A DNA stretch of 64,000 nt from an uncultured Actinomycetota bacterium (GTDB lineage: Bacteria; Actinomycetota; Actinomycetes; JAFAQI01), in the NCBI GenBank assembly GCA_963770565.1, contig CAVYQE010000002.1, forward strand, positions 736,001 to 800,000, written 5' to 3'. The notes under the pieces were generated by a model that did no database searches, was not told where the DNA came from, and saw only the letters and a list, made by a program, of their open reading frames with translations. The position numbers and the translations under genes were made by a program. How positions within the stretch are numbered: the stretch's first letter is position 1; the number at the start of each line of letters is the position of its first letter. Shown one piece after another: positions 17,966 to 28,379 of the stretch.

Positions 17966-19612
17966 ATGGCTGCACCACGGACCGCCGGGTTGGTGTGGGC
18001 CGTCGCCCTGGTGTGCGGTATGCCAACGGCGACCGCCGTACCGGGGCATGGAATGTCCACATCCGCGACTGACCTTCGCCAGTTTCGGCTGCATGCTCCT
18101 GGCGTTGTTGCCAACGACCGGTACGGCGGAGCCGTCGCCGCGTCCGGGCGCACGCTCGTGGTCGGCGCGCCCGGTCAGGGAAGTGGAGCCGTCTACGTCT
18201 TCACCCGTCCATTGCACGGCTGGCGCGCTGGCGTGCATCCGGTCAAGCTGACCCCGCCACCGACGTCCGCCGCCGGCGCACGATTCGGGCAGTCGGTCGC
18301 GATCAAAGGCGCGACGATCTTGGTCGGCGCGTCCGGCCAGACGGTGGGCAGCAATACCGACCAGGGCGCGACGTACGTGTTCACCGAGCCGCACGGCGGC
18401 TGGCACGCGACCTCCCACCCGACCGCGACCCTGACCGCCAAGGGCGGCGCGACCTTCGACGACCTCGGGGGCGCCGTCGCCCTGTCAGGCTCGACGATCG
18501 TCGCCGCGGCGTCAGGACGAACCATCAAGGGCAACGAGCTCGAGGGCGCCGCATACGTCTTCACCGAGTCGAAGACGGGCTGGAAGTCCGGAACGCAGGC
18601 CGCCACGCTCACCGACTCATCCGGCGGCGTCGATGACGGATTCGGCTGCAGCGTCGCAGTCAGCGGCGACACGGTCGTCATCGGCGCCTTCGCCCACCCC
18701 GGAGCAGGTGTCGCCGATGTGTTCGTGAAGCCCACGCACGGCTGGAAGTCCCTGACACAAACCCGAACCCTGCAGGGAGACGACACCGCCCCGGTTGACG
18801 AGTTCGGGTTCTCGGTCTCAGAGGAAGGACGCACGGTTGTGGTCGGAGCGCCCGACCACGAGGTCCGCGGCAACGAGAACGAGGGGGTTGCGGATGTCTT
18901 CACCGAGCCCCGTCATGGCTGGGGACCGAAGAGCTCGAAGGTGGTACATCAGGTCGCGGAGCTCGCATCGAACGACGGCACCAGCGAGGACGGGCTCGGT
19001 AGCAGCGTTTCCTTGTCAGGCTCGACCATCGTGCTCGGTGCCATAGGTCACACGATCGGTGCCAATAGCCGCCAGGGCGCGGCGTACGGTTACAGAGAGC
19101 CGGGCAACGGATGGCGGGATGCCACCGAGTCCTTCGAGTTGAGCGCCACGGACGGGGAGGCGAACGACTCGTTCGGCAGCGCCACCGCCGTCCAACCCGG
19201 GGTGGTGGTGGTCGGTGCGCCGGACACCCCATCGGACACCGGCGCCGCGTATGTCTTCGCTCAGCCGGGTCCGGTGCTGTCCAAGGTGAGGCAGTCGCAC
19301 CGCTCCTGGTCGCTGGGCGCCCACAACCCCGAGACCAATCCAAGGCACAAACCGGCCGGCGGGACGGTGTTCTCCTTCTCGGTCAACGAGTCCACGGCCG
19401 TGTCACTGAGCTTCAGCGAGCGCAAGCACGGGCACTACCGCCAGATCCACATCATCAGGCTGCACGTAGCGCGGGGCAGGACCAAGGAGTACATCGACGG
19501 CAAGCTGGGCGCCGGCACCGCCCTTGAGCCCGGTCACGACCGGGTGGTCGTCTCAGCAACGAATTCAAGCGGTACGACGAAGTCGGTGACGCTGAAGTTC
19601 ACGACCCACTGA
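17966..19612 (+). CDS. Secreted FG-GAP repeat (integrin-alpha-like propeller) protein
   Basis: Repeated FG.SVA.SG.T.VVGAP...GAAYVF; AGGAGG RBS; signal peptide. Confidence 0.85.
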   Translation: MAAPRTAGLVWAVALVCGMPTATAVPGHGMSTSATDLRQFRLHAPGVVANDRYGGAVAASGRTLVVGAPGQGSGAVYVFTRPLHGWRAGVHPVKLTPPPTSAAGARFGQSVAIKGATILVGASGQTVGSNTDQGATYVFTEPHGGWHATSHPTATLTAKGGATFDDLGGAVALSGSTIVAAASGRTIKGNELEGAAYVFTESKTGWKSGTQAATLTDSSGGVDDGFGCSVAVSGDTVVIGAFAHPGAGVADVFVKPTHGWKSLTQTRTLQGDDTAPVDEFGFSVSEEGRTVVVGAPDHEVRGNENEGVADVFTEPRHGWGPKSSKVVHQVAELASNDGTSEDGLGSSVSLSGSTIVLGAIGHTIGANSRQGAAYGYREPGNGWRDATESFELSATDGEANDSFGSATAVQPGVVVVGAPDTPSDTGAAYVFAQPGPVLSKVRQSHRSWSLGAHNPETNPRHKPAGGTVFSFSVNESTAVSLSFSERKHGHYRQIHIIRLHVARGRTKEYIDGKLGAGTALEPGHDRVVVSATNSSGTTKSVTLKFTTH

Positions 19613-19621
19613 CGTGCCGCC

Positions 19622-20722
19622 TCAGGCGGGCGAACGCTTCCAGTGCCCACCCGACCGGATATCGATCAGCGGCATGAACTGACCGCCGGACAGGTCGGAC
19701 CCAACCGCGACCGCAAGCTTCGACGAGACCCCGACGCCGTGCAGTTGCGCGTCGTGACCGCGGCTGTCGGTGCGCTCGGCGCGCCATTTTCCCTTGCTGA
19801 AACGCACGGCCACGGGGCCCGACTTACCGTTGCCGGCAGCGACTGCCGTCGTGCCGCCCGTTGCGACGTCGAGGAGCTCGGTCGCGGCGCTCGGCACCGC
19901 CACCGCTGACCACCGCTTGCCATTCCAGTGTGAGGAGAATGATTTCGTTGGCGAGGTTTGCGTGAAACCGACCACCCACGTGCTGCCCGAACCTGCAGTT
20001 GCGATCGCGATCGCATCCCCGGTCTTCGGCATTGCCGTCAGGGTCGACTTAGACCACTTCTTGCCGTTCCAATGCAGCAGAGCCGCCTGACCGTTGGCAG
20101 GCCCCGGGGCGAGGATCCAGGTGTTGGTCGGGCCCGACGTCGTCACGGACTCGAGTTGGTACTCCGCCGGCAGGTGCGGTAAGGCCGCGGTGGTCCATTT
20201 CCCGCGGACCAGGCGGTAAGCCACCGGGACCAGGCCGTTCGCGGTGTCGTTGCCCACTGCCCACGCGTTGGTTGCCGACGAGGCGGCAACATCGACGAGC
20301 GTCGTACCCACCGCCGTGCCGGGAAGCGACGCGGGACCGAACGCCCCACCCGTCGAGTGCAGGACTAGCGCCGACGTCGAGGTCGCGCCCTGCACGTCAC
20401 CAACCGCCCAGACCGCGTGCGCACTTGCGGCTGCGACGCCGTTGAGGTGGACCTGGCCGGTCGCTGACGTATAGGCGACGGGTTTCCAGCGGCCGGCCTT
20501 CAAGTGCAGGATGCTGCCGCTCACGCCGTCACTGATCGAGTTCCCGACCGCCCACGCCGACGTGCTCGCCGGAGCGACCGAAACTGAGTTCAGCGCCAGA
20601 TCGCCGAGTGGCGATGGGTTGTGCTGCACCGGACTCGCATTGACGGCTGACATTGTCGCAAACACTGCGACGCAAAGCAGGCCAACGACCAGCGAGAGTT
20701 GGTAGGAACGAATCCGGTCCAT
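19622..20722 (-). CDS. Secreted beta-propeller repeat protein
   Basis: Signal peptide; repeated L.gV.a.S...AWAVG...LHWNG..W. Confidence 0.8.
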   Translation of the reverse strand: MDRIRSYQLSLVVGLLCVAVFATMSAVNASPVQHNPSPLGDLALNSVSVAPASTSAWAVGNSISDGVSGSILHLKAGRWKPVAYTSATGQVHLNGVAAASAHAVWAVGDVQGATSTSALVLHSTGGAFGPASLPGTAVGTTLVDVAASSATNAWAVGNDTANGLVPVAYRLVRGKWTTAALPHLPAEYQLESVTTSGPTNTWILAPGPANGQAALLHWNGKKWSKSTLTAMPKTGDAIAIATAGSGSTWVVGFTQTSPTKSFSSHWNGKRWSAVAVPSAATELLDVATGGTTAVAAGNGKSGPVAVRFSKGKWRAERTDSRGHDAQLHGVGVSSKLAVAVGSDLSGGQFMPLIDIRSGGHWKRSPA

Positions 20723-20789
20723 TGCGCCCCCCGGCGTTGTGCCTAGCGTGCTCGATGTACATCGGGACGTGCCGCGAAGGTGCGTTGAG

Positions 20790-20814
20790 ATGGTGGGCGA
20801 GGGGGGAGTTGAAC
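20790..20814. repeat. att core duplicate of the tRNA-Leu 3' end
   Basis: Identical to 31289-31313. Confidence 0.9.
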
Positions 20815-20919
20815 TCCGAACCAAGGGTGCTGCCCGTGTCCGCTCCAGGTGCGCACACGCGCTCTGACCTGCGGTTTTGTTTTCGATCTTGCTAAGGCGT
20901 GGTGATCAACATTGAGCCG

Positions 20920-20952
20920 CTTCTACCGGTCCGGTAGAAGTTCCGGTAGAAG
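20920..20952. repeat. Integrase arm-type repeats CCGGTAGAAG (one inverted, two direct)
   Basis: 20920-20929 inverted, 20931-20940, 20943-20952; same motif at the other end, 31224-31244. Confidence 0.75.
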
Positions 20953-21090
20953 TCCGCGGCGATCCGCAGTCGCAACCGTGGCGTCGCAGATCAGCCACAG
21001 AACGGCCGTTACAGAGCGCCCGGCACACGCAAAGGCAACGCTCGGGATCCGGCGCTACAGGACAGCGTCGGCGGGTTCTACGCTGGCGAG

Positions 21091-21642
21091 ATGGCCCGAC
21101 TCATCTTGCTGAACGGGCCGCCAGGTGTGGGAAAGTCAAGCGTCGCTCGCCGCTACATCGACGACCATCCGCTGGCTTTCTGTCTCGAGGTGGATGGCAT
21201 CCGCCGACTCATCGGGCATTGGCAGGACAGATCGACGGAGTCAGGCCTTTTCGCCCGGAAGATGGCGCTGGCGATGGTCGATGTGCACCTGCACGAGGGC
21301 CATGATGTAGTTGTGCCGCAATATCTCGGCCGTCCGGAGTTCCTTGACGCGTTGGAAGCCGCAGCCGACGAGGCGGCGGCCTGTTTCTGCGAAATCGTCC
21401 TCATGGACACTCGTGAGAACGCTCTGGCCCGCTTCCACTCCCGTGCCTCAGACGCCGAACTTGCCACCCATCACCGCGAGGCGTCCGAGATGATCCGTGG
21501 CAATGCCGAGCTAATGGAAATGTATGACCGACTTGATCTCCTTCTGAAAACAAGGCCACGCGCGCGGATCATCAGAACAACGCACGGAGATATCGCGGGT
21601 GCTTACGAGTCGGTACTGGCAGCAGTCGCACATTGCTCCTAA
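21091..21642 (+). CDS. Small P-loop kinase/AAA_33-like protein
   Basis: LILLNGPPGVGKSS Walker A at the N-terminus. Confidence 0.8.
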   Translation: MARLILLNGPPGVGKSSVARRYIDDHPLAFCLEVDGIRRLIGHWQDRSTESGLFARKMALAMVDVHLHEGHDVVVPQYLGRPEFLDALEAAADEAAACFCEIVLMDTRENALARFHSRASDAELATHHREASEMIRGNAELMEMYDRLDLLLKTRPRARIIRTTHGDIAGAYESVLAAVAHCS

Positions 21643-21684
21643 GTACCGCTCGCGCGTCGTCTCCGGCAAGACCGACTCGTGGTC

Positions 21685-22098
21685 TCACGCAGTCGGTCCT
21701 TCCCAAAACAGTTCGAGCTGGATGTTGTCTGGATCCCGAAACGTGATCATCCGATTCGCGGTGTAGGAGGGAGACTTCACACCTGAGTGACCGACGTCCA
21801 GGCCGTCGAGCCAACTCGCCCAACTGTCCAACTCATCCTCCGATGAAACGAAGAACTCAACGTGATCAAGGCCCGTCCGGGCCTCGTTGAAGGGGTGACT
21901 GCTGTTCTGGCCGTGGCTTAGCAGACAGAGCGTGAAGCCGGAGTGGCCGTTCTGAAGGCAGATCTGCTCGACTCGACCCTCGACGTCCATCTGCCGTCCG
22001 GTCACTTCGAAGCCGAAGACGTTCTGGTACCAGGTGGCACTCACCGTCGGATCACGGACGGTGAGAATCAGGCCAAGCCGACCAGTAATCGCGGGCAT
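21685..22098 (-). CDS. VOC/glyoxalase family protein
   Basis: LTVRD...S..WY..VFG, GLDHVEF, FRDPDNIQLE. Confidence 0.88.
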   Translation of the reverse strand: MPAITGRLGLILTVRDPTVSATWYQNVFGFEVTGRQMDVEGRVEQICLQNGHSGFTLCLLSHGQNSSHPFNEARTGLDHVEFFVSSEDELDSWASWLDGLDVGHSGVKSPSYTANRMITFRDPDNIQLELFWEGPTA

Positions 22099-22285
22099 GG
22101 TCGAAGTCTGCCGCAGGCGTCTTCTTAGGTCACCCGCACGACGAACAAATGTGCCGTTCCCCCGCACTACCCGGCGTTCTGCTGGACAGGATGCACCCTT
22201 CGTCGAGACGGCTGCGAAGTCCTTTGATTGACGGCCGCCGCGACCGGCGTCCAACCTCTCACCGTGCTGCGTCGTCTTTTCGATT

Positions 22286-22861
22286 GTGAGGCGATTGGGT
22301 TGGCGTGGAGCAGGCACCGCGGTGCTGCTGAGCCTCGTCGCGCTGTGGTTGCCAGCGTCCGCGTCCGCGGCGGCACCGCACCCGAAGCCGACCGTTTCAG
22401 TCAACCCTTCTAGTGGCCTTCGCGACGGGGAGCAGGTCACTGTCCGGGTTCGTGGGTTTCCGAGCGGAGAGAAGGTCTTCCTTTCTGAGTGTGCTCGACG
22501 AAGTGAGGCGAACGGCGACGGGTGCGGAAGCGAGCTCGCCGCTCAAACCATCGGCTTCACCAATGCCGCAGGACGCGCAACAGTGAAGTTCACAATCAAC
22601 TCGCATGCGGCGATCGGACCACTAACACTAACGCGCGCTGGTCGACCGCCTCGGCGGCCGTGCGTTGCTTGCGTGCTGGTCGCGACCGCTGGCGTGGATG
22701 CGGATCACCCGCACCCTGGTCTCTTTGGGGTCGCTGCTCTGTCGTTCGGTTCTGTCACGCTCCCGTTTACTGGCCTGCCGACTGAGGCGCTGGCGGTCGT
22801 GGGTGCACTAACGCTCGGTATTGGCATCATCGTCACCGCGACGGCTCGTCACCGCCGTTAG
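22286..22861 (+). CDS. Neocarzinostatin-apoprotein-like domain protein with LPXTG sortase anchor
   Basis: Signal peptide; TVSVNPSSGLRDGEQVTV..GF...ECA..C; LPFTG + TM + RHRR tail. Confidence 0.75.
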   Translation: MRRLGWRGAGTAVLLSLVALWLPASASAAAPHPKPTVSVNPSSGLRDGEQVTVRVRGFPSGEKVFLSECARRSEANGDGCGSELAAQTIGFTNAAGRATVKFTINSHAAIGPLTLTRAGRPPRRPCVACVLVATAGVDADHPHPGLFGVAALSFGSVTLPFTGLPTEALAVVGALTLGIGIIVTATARHRR

Positions 22862-22932
22862 GCGAGGAGAAGTGCCTACCTGTTATTTTTCTTTTGCGAC
22901 AAGGACGTTGACCGAGCAGAACGAAGCACTTC

Positions 22933-23202
22933 ATGCGCGATCATTGGGGCGTGAGAGCCGCGAATCGACTTGCCCGAGCCGTGCTCGCCATGATGACGCT
23001 CGGGATACTGCTCTTGATAATCAACGGAATCGTTGGTGCTGGGCTGACCTTTGGCAGTCCTGCGGATCGACGCGTTCTGAGCGTGCTGGCCATCGTCGGC
23101 ATCGCCGTCGGAATGGCGCTGTTGCTTGTCGCGAACTACCTGTGGCAGAGGGCACGCATGCGGGACCCCCTTCACCCTCGGTATCCCTGGGTTGCTCGGT
23201 AA
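22933..23202 (+). CDS. Small 2-TM hypothetical protein
   Basis: Two hydrophobic segments; 89 aa. Confidence 0.5.
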   Translation: MRDHWGVRAANRLARAVLAMMTLGILLLIINGIVGAGLTFGSPADRRVLSVLAIVGIAVGMALLLVANYLWQRARMRDPLHPRYPWVAR

Positions 23203-23340
23203 CCGCGGTGAGGGTCGGAGCGCTCGACCTACCTGGCAAACTCAGTTCGTTCTTCTTCGCCGGGTTCAGCGGGTCCACGCGGCAGGCCAACTCATCACTC
23301 ATGCTGGCGCACGCTGATCACTCGCACCAACGTTCCTGCC

Positions 23341-23748
23341 TTATCCGGACGGCGTCGAAGTCGAGGCACATAGTGCGAGCAGGCCCTTGGGCGCCTTGCT
23401 CAGATCTGAGCTGTACAGAACCTTCTTGTGTCCACGTTTGAGCCTGGTCGAGTAGGTAAGGAGTCGCGCGGCGTAGTTTTGCACCGATCGACTGACCGTT
23501 GGATCCGTCCACTGAAGTTGATCGAGTTCAACCGCGTCACGGCGAAGGTGCTCGGCAACGACACTCGTCGACACGAAGCCCTGGCCGTGGGCTCGGAAGT
23601 CCACGCCGATGGAGCTAATAACAACATTCATCGCTGTACACGCAGCGAGGTTGGGGCGGCTAGGCGGATCGCCCACAACGCTCCCGCCACCACACGCCGA
23701 GAGACAAGTACCCGTCAACAGCAGGCAGGCGACCCAGCGACCGCTCAT
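23341..23748 (-). CDS. Hypothetical lipoprotein
   Basis: Lipobox LSAC-GGG. Confidence 0.55.
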   Translation of the reverse strand: MSGRWVACLLLTGTCLSACGGGSVVGDPPSRPNLAACTAMNVVISSIGVDFRAHGQGFVSTSVVAEHLRRDAVELDQLQWTDPTVSRSVQNYAARLLTYSTRLKRGHKKVLYSSDLSKAPKGLLALCASTSTPSG

Positions 23749-23889
23749 ACCCGACTCGTCGACCGACTAGCGGCCGGGCTTGAGGGCACGCGCGGCCACG
23801 GCGTCCCAGAGTCCATAAAGATTCAGCCGCCGACCAGAACACCGGCTCGGCAGGGTTTGCTCGGGTCGATCTTCCGAACCGAGTGGATC

Positions 23890-25635
23890 TTATTGTTCGC
23901 GGTCGTGTGTCCTGATCCATGCCGGTGGCAGTTCCCCGTGAACGAGAAGTCCGTCGCCAACCCGTAGGCGGCGTAGTAGGTCGGCCGGCGCGTACGGCAC
24001 TGAGGTCGCGACCCGCTGCGCTTCCTGGCCGCCGCCCGGATCAAGCAGCTGGCGACGGGTCAGGTCCGCGCGGACGTGTTCGTTGCCAACGAGAACGCTC
24101 AGGTAGTCGGTGGTCGTCGTGTCGGTCAACCCGCTGGGGTAGAACAGTTTGCTCCGGTGGTTGGTGAGGACGCTGTCGGCGTCGCGGCCGTAGGTGGTGT
24201 CGAGCTGTGCCCGTGACTGCCACACGGTGACGAGTTGGATACCGGCTCCGCTGACGGTGGCTGCCCATTGCGGCAGCTTTGGTAGCGGTGTGTTGGCTGC
24301 TTCGTCGCAGACCACGAGCAGCCGAGGGTCGAGCGGCACGCCACGACGGTTGTATGCGGTGAACGCGTCGCTGATCAGGTCATGCAGGACCGCAGCGAAC
24401 ACCAGGCCGATGCGGGTGTCGTCACCGAGAGGTGCGACGAGGTAGAGCGTGTTGTTGCCGCCGAGTAGCCAGTCGAGGGTGAGCTGGCAGTCGTTCGCGC
24501 TGTCCGCGATTGCGGGGTCGGCCCAGGGCCAGACGGCGTTGCGGGCGGTGGCGTAGACGCTGCTGGTGGTGCGCGGGTCGCTGCTCCACTGGCCGTGAAG
24601 CCAGCCTTGGACTTGGGTGGCGGCGAGTGCGACCTGTGGGTCGTCGTGATCGGTGAGCAGCCGGACGAGTGGTGCGAGGGTGCCGCCGTTGCCGTCGCCG
24701 GGTCGGTCGAGGTCGAGCACCCACCGGACGACGTGTCGCATCGTGTGGCCGTCGGTGTTGGCGGCGGTGTAGAGCATGCCGGCGAGGAGTTGTTCGGCTT
24801 GACCGCGCCAGAACTTCTCGCCGGGTGTGTGGTCGTCGGCGCCGGTGCGGGCGAGGATCGCGGCGGCGTTGACAGCACCGGACAGGGTGCGGGCGGCGCG
24901 CAGCGGGCTCCAGGTGCTGCTGGGCAGGCCGGTGACGCCGAGCGGGTCGAACACTCGGACCTCACCGCGTTGGCGGCGGGCGTCGATGGTGGCGCGGAGC
25001 AGGTCGGCTTTGACGCTGGACACGATCGCCGGTCCGGTCCAGGCGCTGACGCCGGTGATCAGGCCGGTGGTCTTGCCGGACTGGCTGGGCCCGAAGACGG
25101 CGACGGCGCCGGCGACGCCGCGCCGGCCACGGTCGCCCATCGCTTCTGTAGACAGGTAGCCCCGGCCGGTGCGGGCGAGGACGAACCGGTTGACTGTTGG
25201 TTTGCGGGTGTAGAGCGGCGTGAGATCGCGGCGGGTCGCCAGTCGCGGTTGGGTGGCCACCCCCAGGCGGCGTCGCTTGTCGATCGGTACCTGACGGTGC
25301 CGACTGGCGAAGGACAAGGCGGCCAGCGCCACAGCGATGAGCGCGGCGATGACGAGCGCGGTGGCGGTCCAGTACGGGATGGGGCCGGGCAGGTTTCCGC
25401 GTACCCGTGCAGGCCAGGCGAGAGCGGGATCGCCGAGGTGATGGGTCATCGCGGGCAGCGAGCTGACCGCCTCGATCAGGCTGGCGTGCAGCAATCTGGC
25501 GCGGCCGAGCAGTGCGGCGAGGTTACCGATCAGCCACTGCGCAAGGCCGATGGCGAGGACGGCGCTGAGCAGGAGCGCGATGATCAGGTCGATGCCATCG
25601 ACCCCAGTGGACCGGTTGGCCGTGGGGCGGGTCAT
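23890..25635 (-). CDS. Type IV coupling protein (VirD4/TraG-TraD family)
   Basis: Two N-terminal TMs; GPSQSGKT; SSVKADL; VFDP; DEAAN; VWQSRAQL...YG. Confidence 0.88.
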   Translation of the reverse strand: MTRPTANRSTGVDGIDLIIALLLSAVLAIGLAQWLIGNLAALLGRARLLHASLIEAVSSLPAMTHHLGDPALAWPARVRGNLPGPIPYWTATALVIAALIAVALAALSFASRHRQVPIDKRRRLGVATQPRLATRRDLTPLYTRKPTVNRFVLARTGRGYLSTEAMGDRGRRGVAGAVAVFGPSQSGKTTGLITGVSAWTGPAIVSSVKADLLRATIDARRQRGEVRVFDPLGVTGLPSSTWSPLRAARTLSGAVNAAAILARTGADDHTPGEKFWRGQAEQLLAGMLYTAANTDGHTMRHVVRWVLDLDRPGDGNGGTLAPLVRLLTDHDDPQVALAATQVQGWLHGQWSSDPRTTSSVYATARNAVWPWADPAIADSANDCQLTLDWLLGGNNTLYLVAPLGDDTRIGLVFAAVLHDLISDAFTAYNRRGVPLDPRLLVVCDEAANTPLPKLPQWAATVSGAGIQLVTVWQSRAQLDTTYGRDADSVLTNHRSKLFYPSGLTDTTTTDYLSVLVGNEHVRADLTRRQLLDPGGGQEAQRVATSVPYAPADLLRRLRVGDGLLVHGELPPAWIRTHDREQ

Positions 25636-28024
25636 GCGATCTCGGGTGCGTCGAGAATGTCGATGGCGGCGGTCTTGGCCCGGCTGACCTCGAGCGCAGC
25701 GATGACGTGGGCCAGGTCGTGGGTGCCGTCCTCACCGACGTCGAGACTGCTGGCGACCGCGTAGAGGTGGTTGTGGGTCCGGCCGCGGGTGAGCCCGGTG
25801 TAGCCGAGTTCGGCGTAGAGGCTGTCGTCGCCGAGCAGCAGCGCGACGTCGCAGGTCAGTCCTTGGGTCTTATGGACGGTGCGGGCGTAGGCGTGAGACA
25901 GGTCGTCGGTGACGTAGTCCATCGGCACCTCGACCTCACGGTCACCGATGCGCAGCCGGATCGCGGGGTCCTCAGCGACGATGCCGGTGATGACGCCGAG
26001 GTCGCCGTTGATCAGGCCGAGGTCGTAGCGGTTGCGCCCGGCGAGCACCTGATCGCCGATGCAGAACCGTCGGTCGTCGACGAGTGCGACGAGCGGGCCG
26101 AGCTGCCCGGTGGCTTCGAGCCGGTTGTGCGCGCGGATGTTGAGGTCTGCCGCGTCGGCGCGCCGGACAGCGCCCATGACGGCGTCGGCGCCGTTCTCGC
26201 GGTGGGTGAGCCAGTCATTGACCATCTCCTCGCGCAGCGCGTCGCTGTTGGTCGCGACGGTGACGCGGCCGCCGCGATCGAGGTGCCGGACGGCGAACCG
26301 GGCGTGGCCGTGGCGCAGCGCGGTGACGGCGAGACGTTCTTCCGGGTCGTGCTGGCGGCGGTTCTCGACGAGCTCGACGCGCGGCAAGCGGTTCGACAGT
26401 GCGGTGAACAGACCACCGGCCTCGACCGCGGGGAGTTGTTTCGGGTCGCCGGCCAGGATCAGCTTGGCCTCGGCGCGTGCCGCCTCGGTGGCGAGGCTGG
26501 CGAGTAGCCGGGTGCCGAGCATCCCTGCCTCATCCACGACGAGCACGTCGCCGGGTCGCAAGCTGGACGCTGACCGGTGGCGAGGCCTCGTTGCAGGGCG
26601 TGTCCGGTGGTGGCGGGGATGCCCGATCCGGCGGTCAGTTCCCGGGCGGCGCGGGCGGCGAGCGCCGTGCCGATCACCCGGTGCCCGGATGCTTCGAACG
26701 CGTCGCGGACGGCGTCGAGTGAGAACGTCTTGCCGGTGCCGGCGTGCCCGACGACAACATCGATACGTCGACCGCTGCTGCACAGCTGGCTCGACCATGT
26801 GTCGCTGCTCGGTGGACAGTGACGGGCGATCCGCAACGGCCGCCATGACTGCCTGCGGGTCTGCGGTCAGCCGCGGGTCGGGCGGCTGCTGCGGCGAGCG
26901 CGACCACGCGGGCTTCCAGCTCGAGGATCTCCGGTGTCGTCCAGCGGTCGTCGCCGAGCGGGATCGCCAGGTCACCGGCGAGGTAGGCGTCGGTTCGGGT
27001 GAGGATGTCGGTGACGGTCGCGCCTTGGCGGGCGGCGCGGGCGACGGCGCGGATCACGTCACCGCGGTCGTAGCTGGCGTGCTCGCTCGTCACGGCGACG
27101 GCGATCTCCTCGTCACTGACCCGCAGGATCGGGGTGCGGGGGACGCGGACCACCTGGGACAGGTCGAACCGGGCGTCGAGCGCCCGGGTCCGCCACTGTT
27201 CCCGCAGTTGTGCCTCGGATACTCCCTTGGGCTTCGGTTTGCGGGTGGTGAGGGTGGCGATCCGGGCTGCGCGGCCGGTGTGCGCGCCGAGGCGGTCCAT
27301 CTCGGCGACGATCTCGACCCGGCGACGGGAGAACGCGCGGCGCATCGCCGGGGAGATACCGGCGACCTCGGCGACGCCGTGCCGGTCGATCTCGTCGAAC
27401 ACGACCCCGAGCCGCACGGTCAGCTCGCGGCGCAACGCGGCCTGGAAGATCGCCTCGGCGGTGTACCGCTCGTCATAGAGCAGCCGCGCGTCCAACGCGG
27501 TCCGCCGCCCATCCGGGCCTTCGGTGACGTTGAACACGACCCAGTGCAGGTGGATGCCCGGATCACCAAGCCGGCTGGTCCGGTGCCGGAACACCACCCC
27601 GAGGAAGCCGCTGCCGGGTTCGGTGCTGCGCGCCGGCGTGCCCTCGGCGGACCGCGCAGGCGGTCTGCTCGAGGTAGGTCTCGACCTGCGCGCGGGCGGC
27701 GTACAGAGCGGCTTCGACCTCGGCGGCATCATGCTCGCTGCCGAGCGCCCACAGCAGCGACACCGATTTCGACGGGGACAGGGTCAGATCGAACCCGGTG
27801 ACCGTCGTGCCATGTTCGGTCAATCGACCGCCGGCCGGGTGCTGGCCGGCGAACGCGGCGGCGAGCGCCTCCCGCTCGGCCGGTCCGGTCAACCCGTCAG
27901 CGGCGGCCAGAGTTCCGACCCAGGCGCCGGGTGCGGTCCCGGCTTCGGACAGGTAGTCCTCGCGGCCGTCGATGACCTCGCGCTCGTAGTAACCGAGGTT
28001 TTGGCATTTTCCGATCGAGAGCAT
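25632..28024 (-). pseudogene. MOBF (TrwC) relaxase-helicase broken by about 4 frameshifts
   Basis: MLSIGK..GYY, FDLTLSPSKSVS, HRTSRLGDPGIHLH, GHAGTGKT, VVDEAG, TVHKTQG, YTGLTRGR spread over different frames (shifts near 27625, 26890, 26790, 26570). Confidence 0.85.
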
Positions 28025-28038
28025 GACGGCGGCGTCCT

Positions 28039-28062
28039 CACCTTCAGGTGCATTGGTGTGGA
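28039..28062 (+). other. Candidate oriT of island 1
   Basis: Hairpin CACCT-TC-AGGTG running into GGTGCATTGGTGTGG, resembling MOBF nic regions; just upstream of the relaxase start. Confidence 0.4.
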
Positions 28063-28131
28063 GGTTGCTGATCTGTCCGGCGATCGAGGCGCGGGAGGGA
28101 TCGAGTGCCGCGGTCGGGCGGCGGCGAGTGG

Positions 28132-28368
28132 TCAGGTGGCGGGCTGCGCTTCGGTCGCGGGGCGGCCGGTCAGGACGCGTTCGATGAACGCGGCCAGCGC
28201 CGCGCGCGGGATGCGTTTCTGGCAGCCGAACCACACGAAGGGCAGCCCGGACTCACCGCCGGACCGGTCGTATTCCACGGTGAGCTCGTAGACCTTCGAC
28301 CGGCCCAGCTGCAGGGCGGTCGCGGTCTGCGCGACCGTGAGGAATGGGGGGAGATCGTCTAGCATCAT
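28132..28368 (-). CDS. Excisionase-like HTH_17 protein
   Basis: LPPFLTVAQTATALQLGRSKVYEL...RIPRAAL; GAGGTG RBS. Confidence 0.8.
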   Translation of the reverse strand: MMLDDLPPFLTVAQTATALQLGRSKVYELTVEYDRSGGESGLPFVWFGCQKRIPRAALAAFIERVLTGRPATEAQPAT

Positions 28369-28379
28369 GTCACCTCGCT

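Noticed and set aside
21091-23800. Integron-like cassette array among the small cargo genes
   Set aside because: No repeated attC-like sites visible between genes; mixed orientation
26059-27801. 580-aa plus-strand ORF over the broken relaxase
   Set aside because: Arg/Ser/Gly-rich shadow frame; the relaxase motifs are on the minus strand
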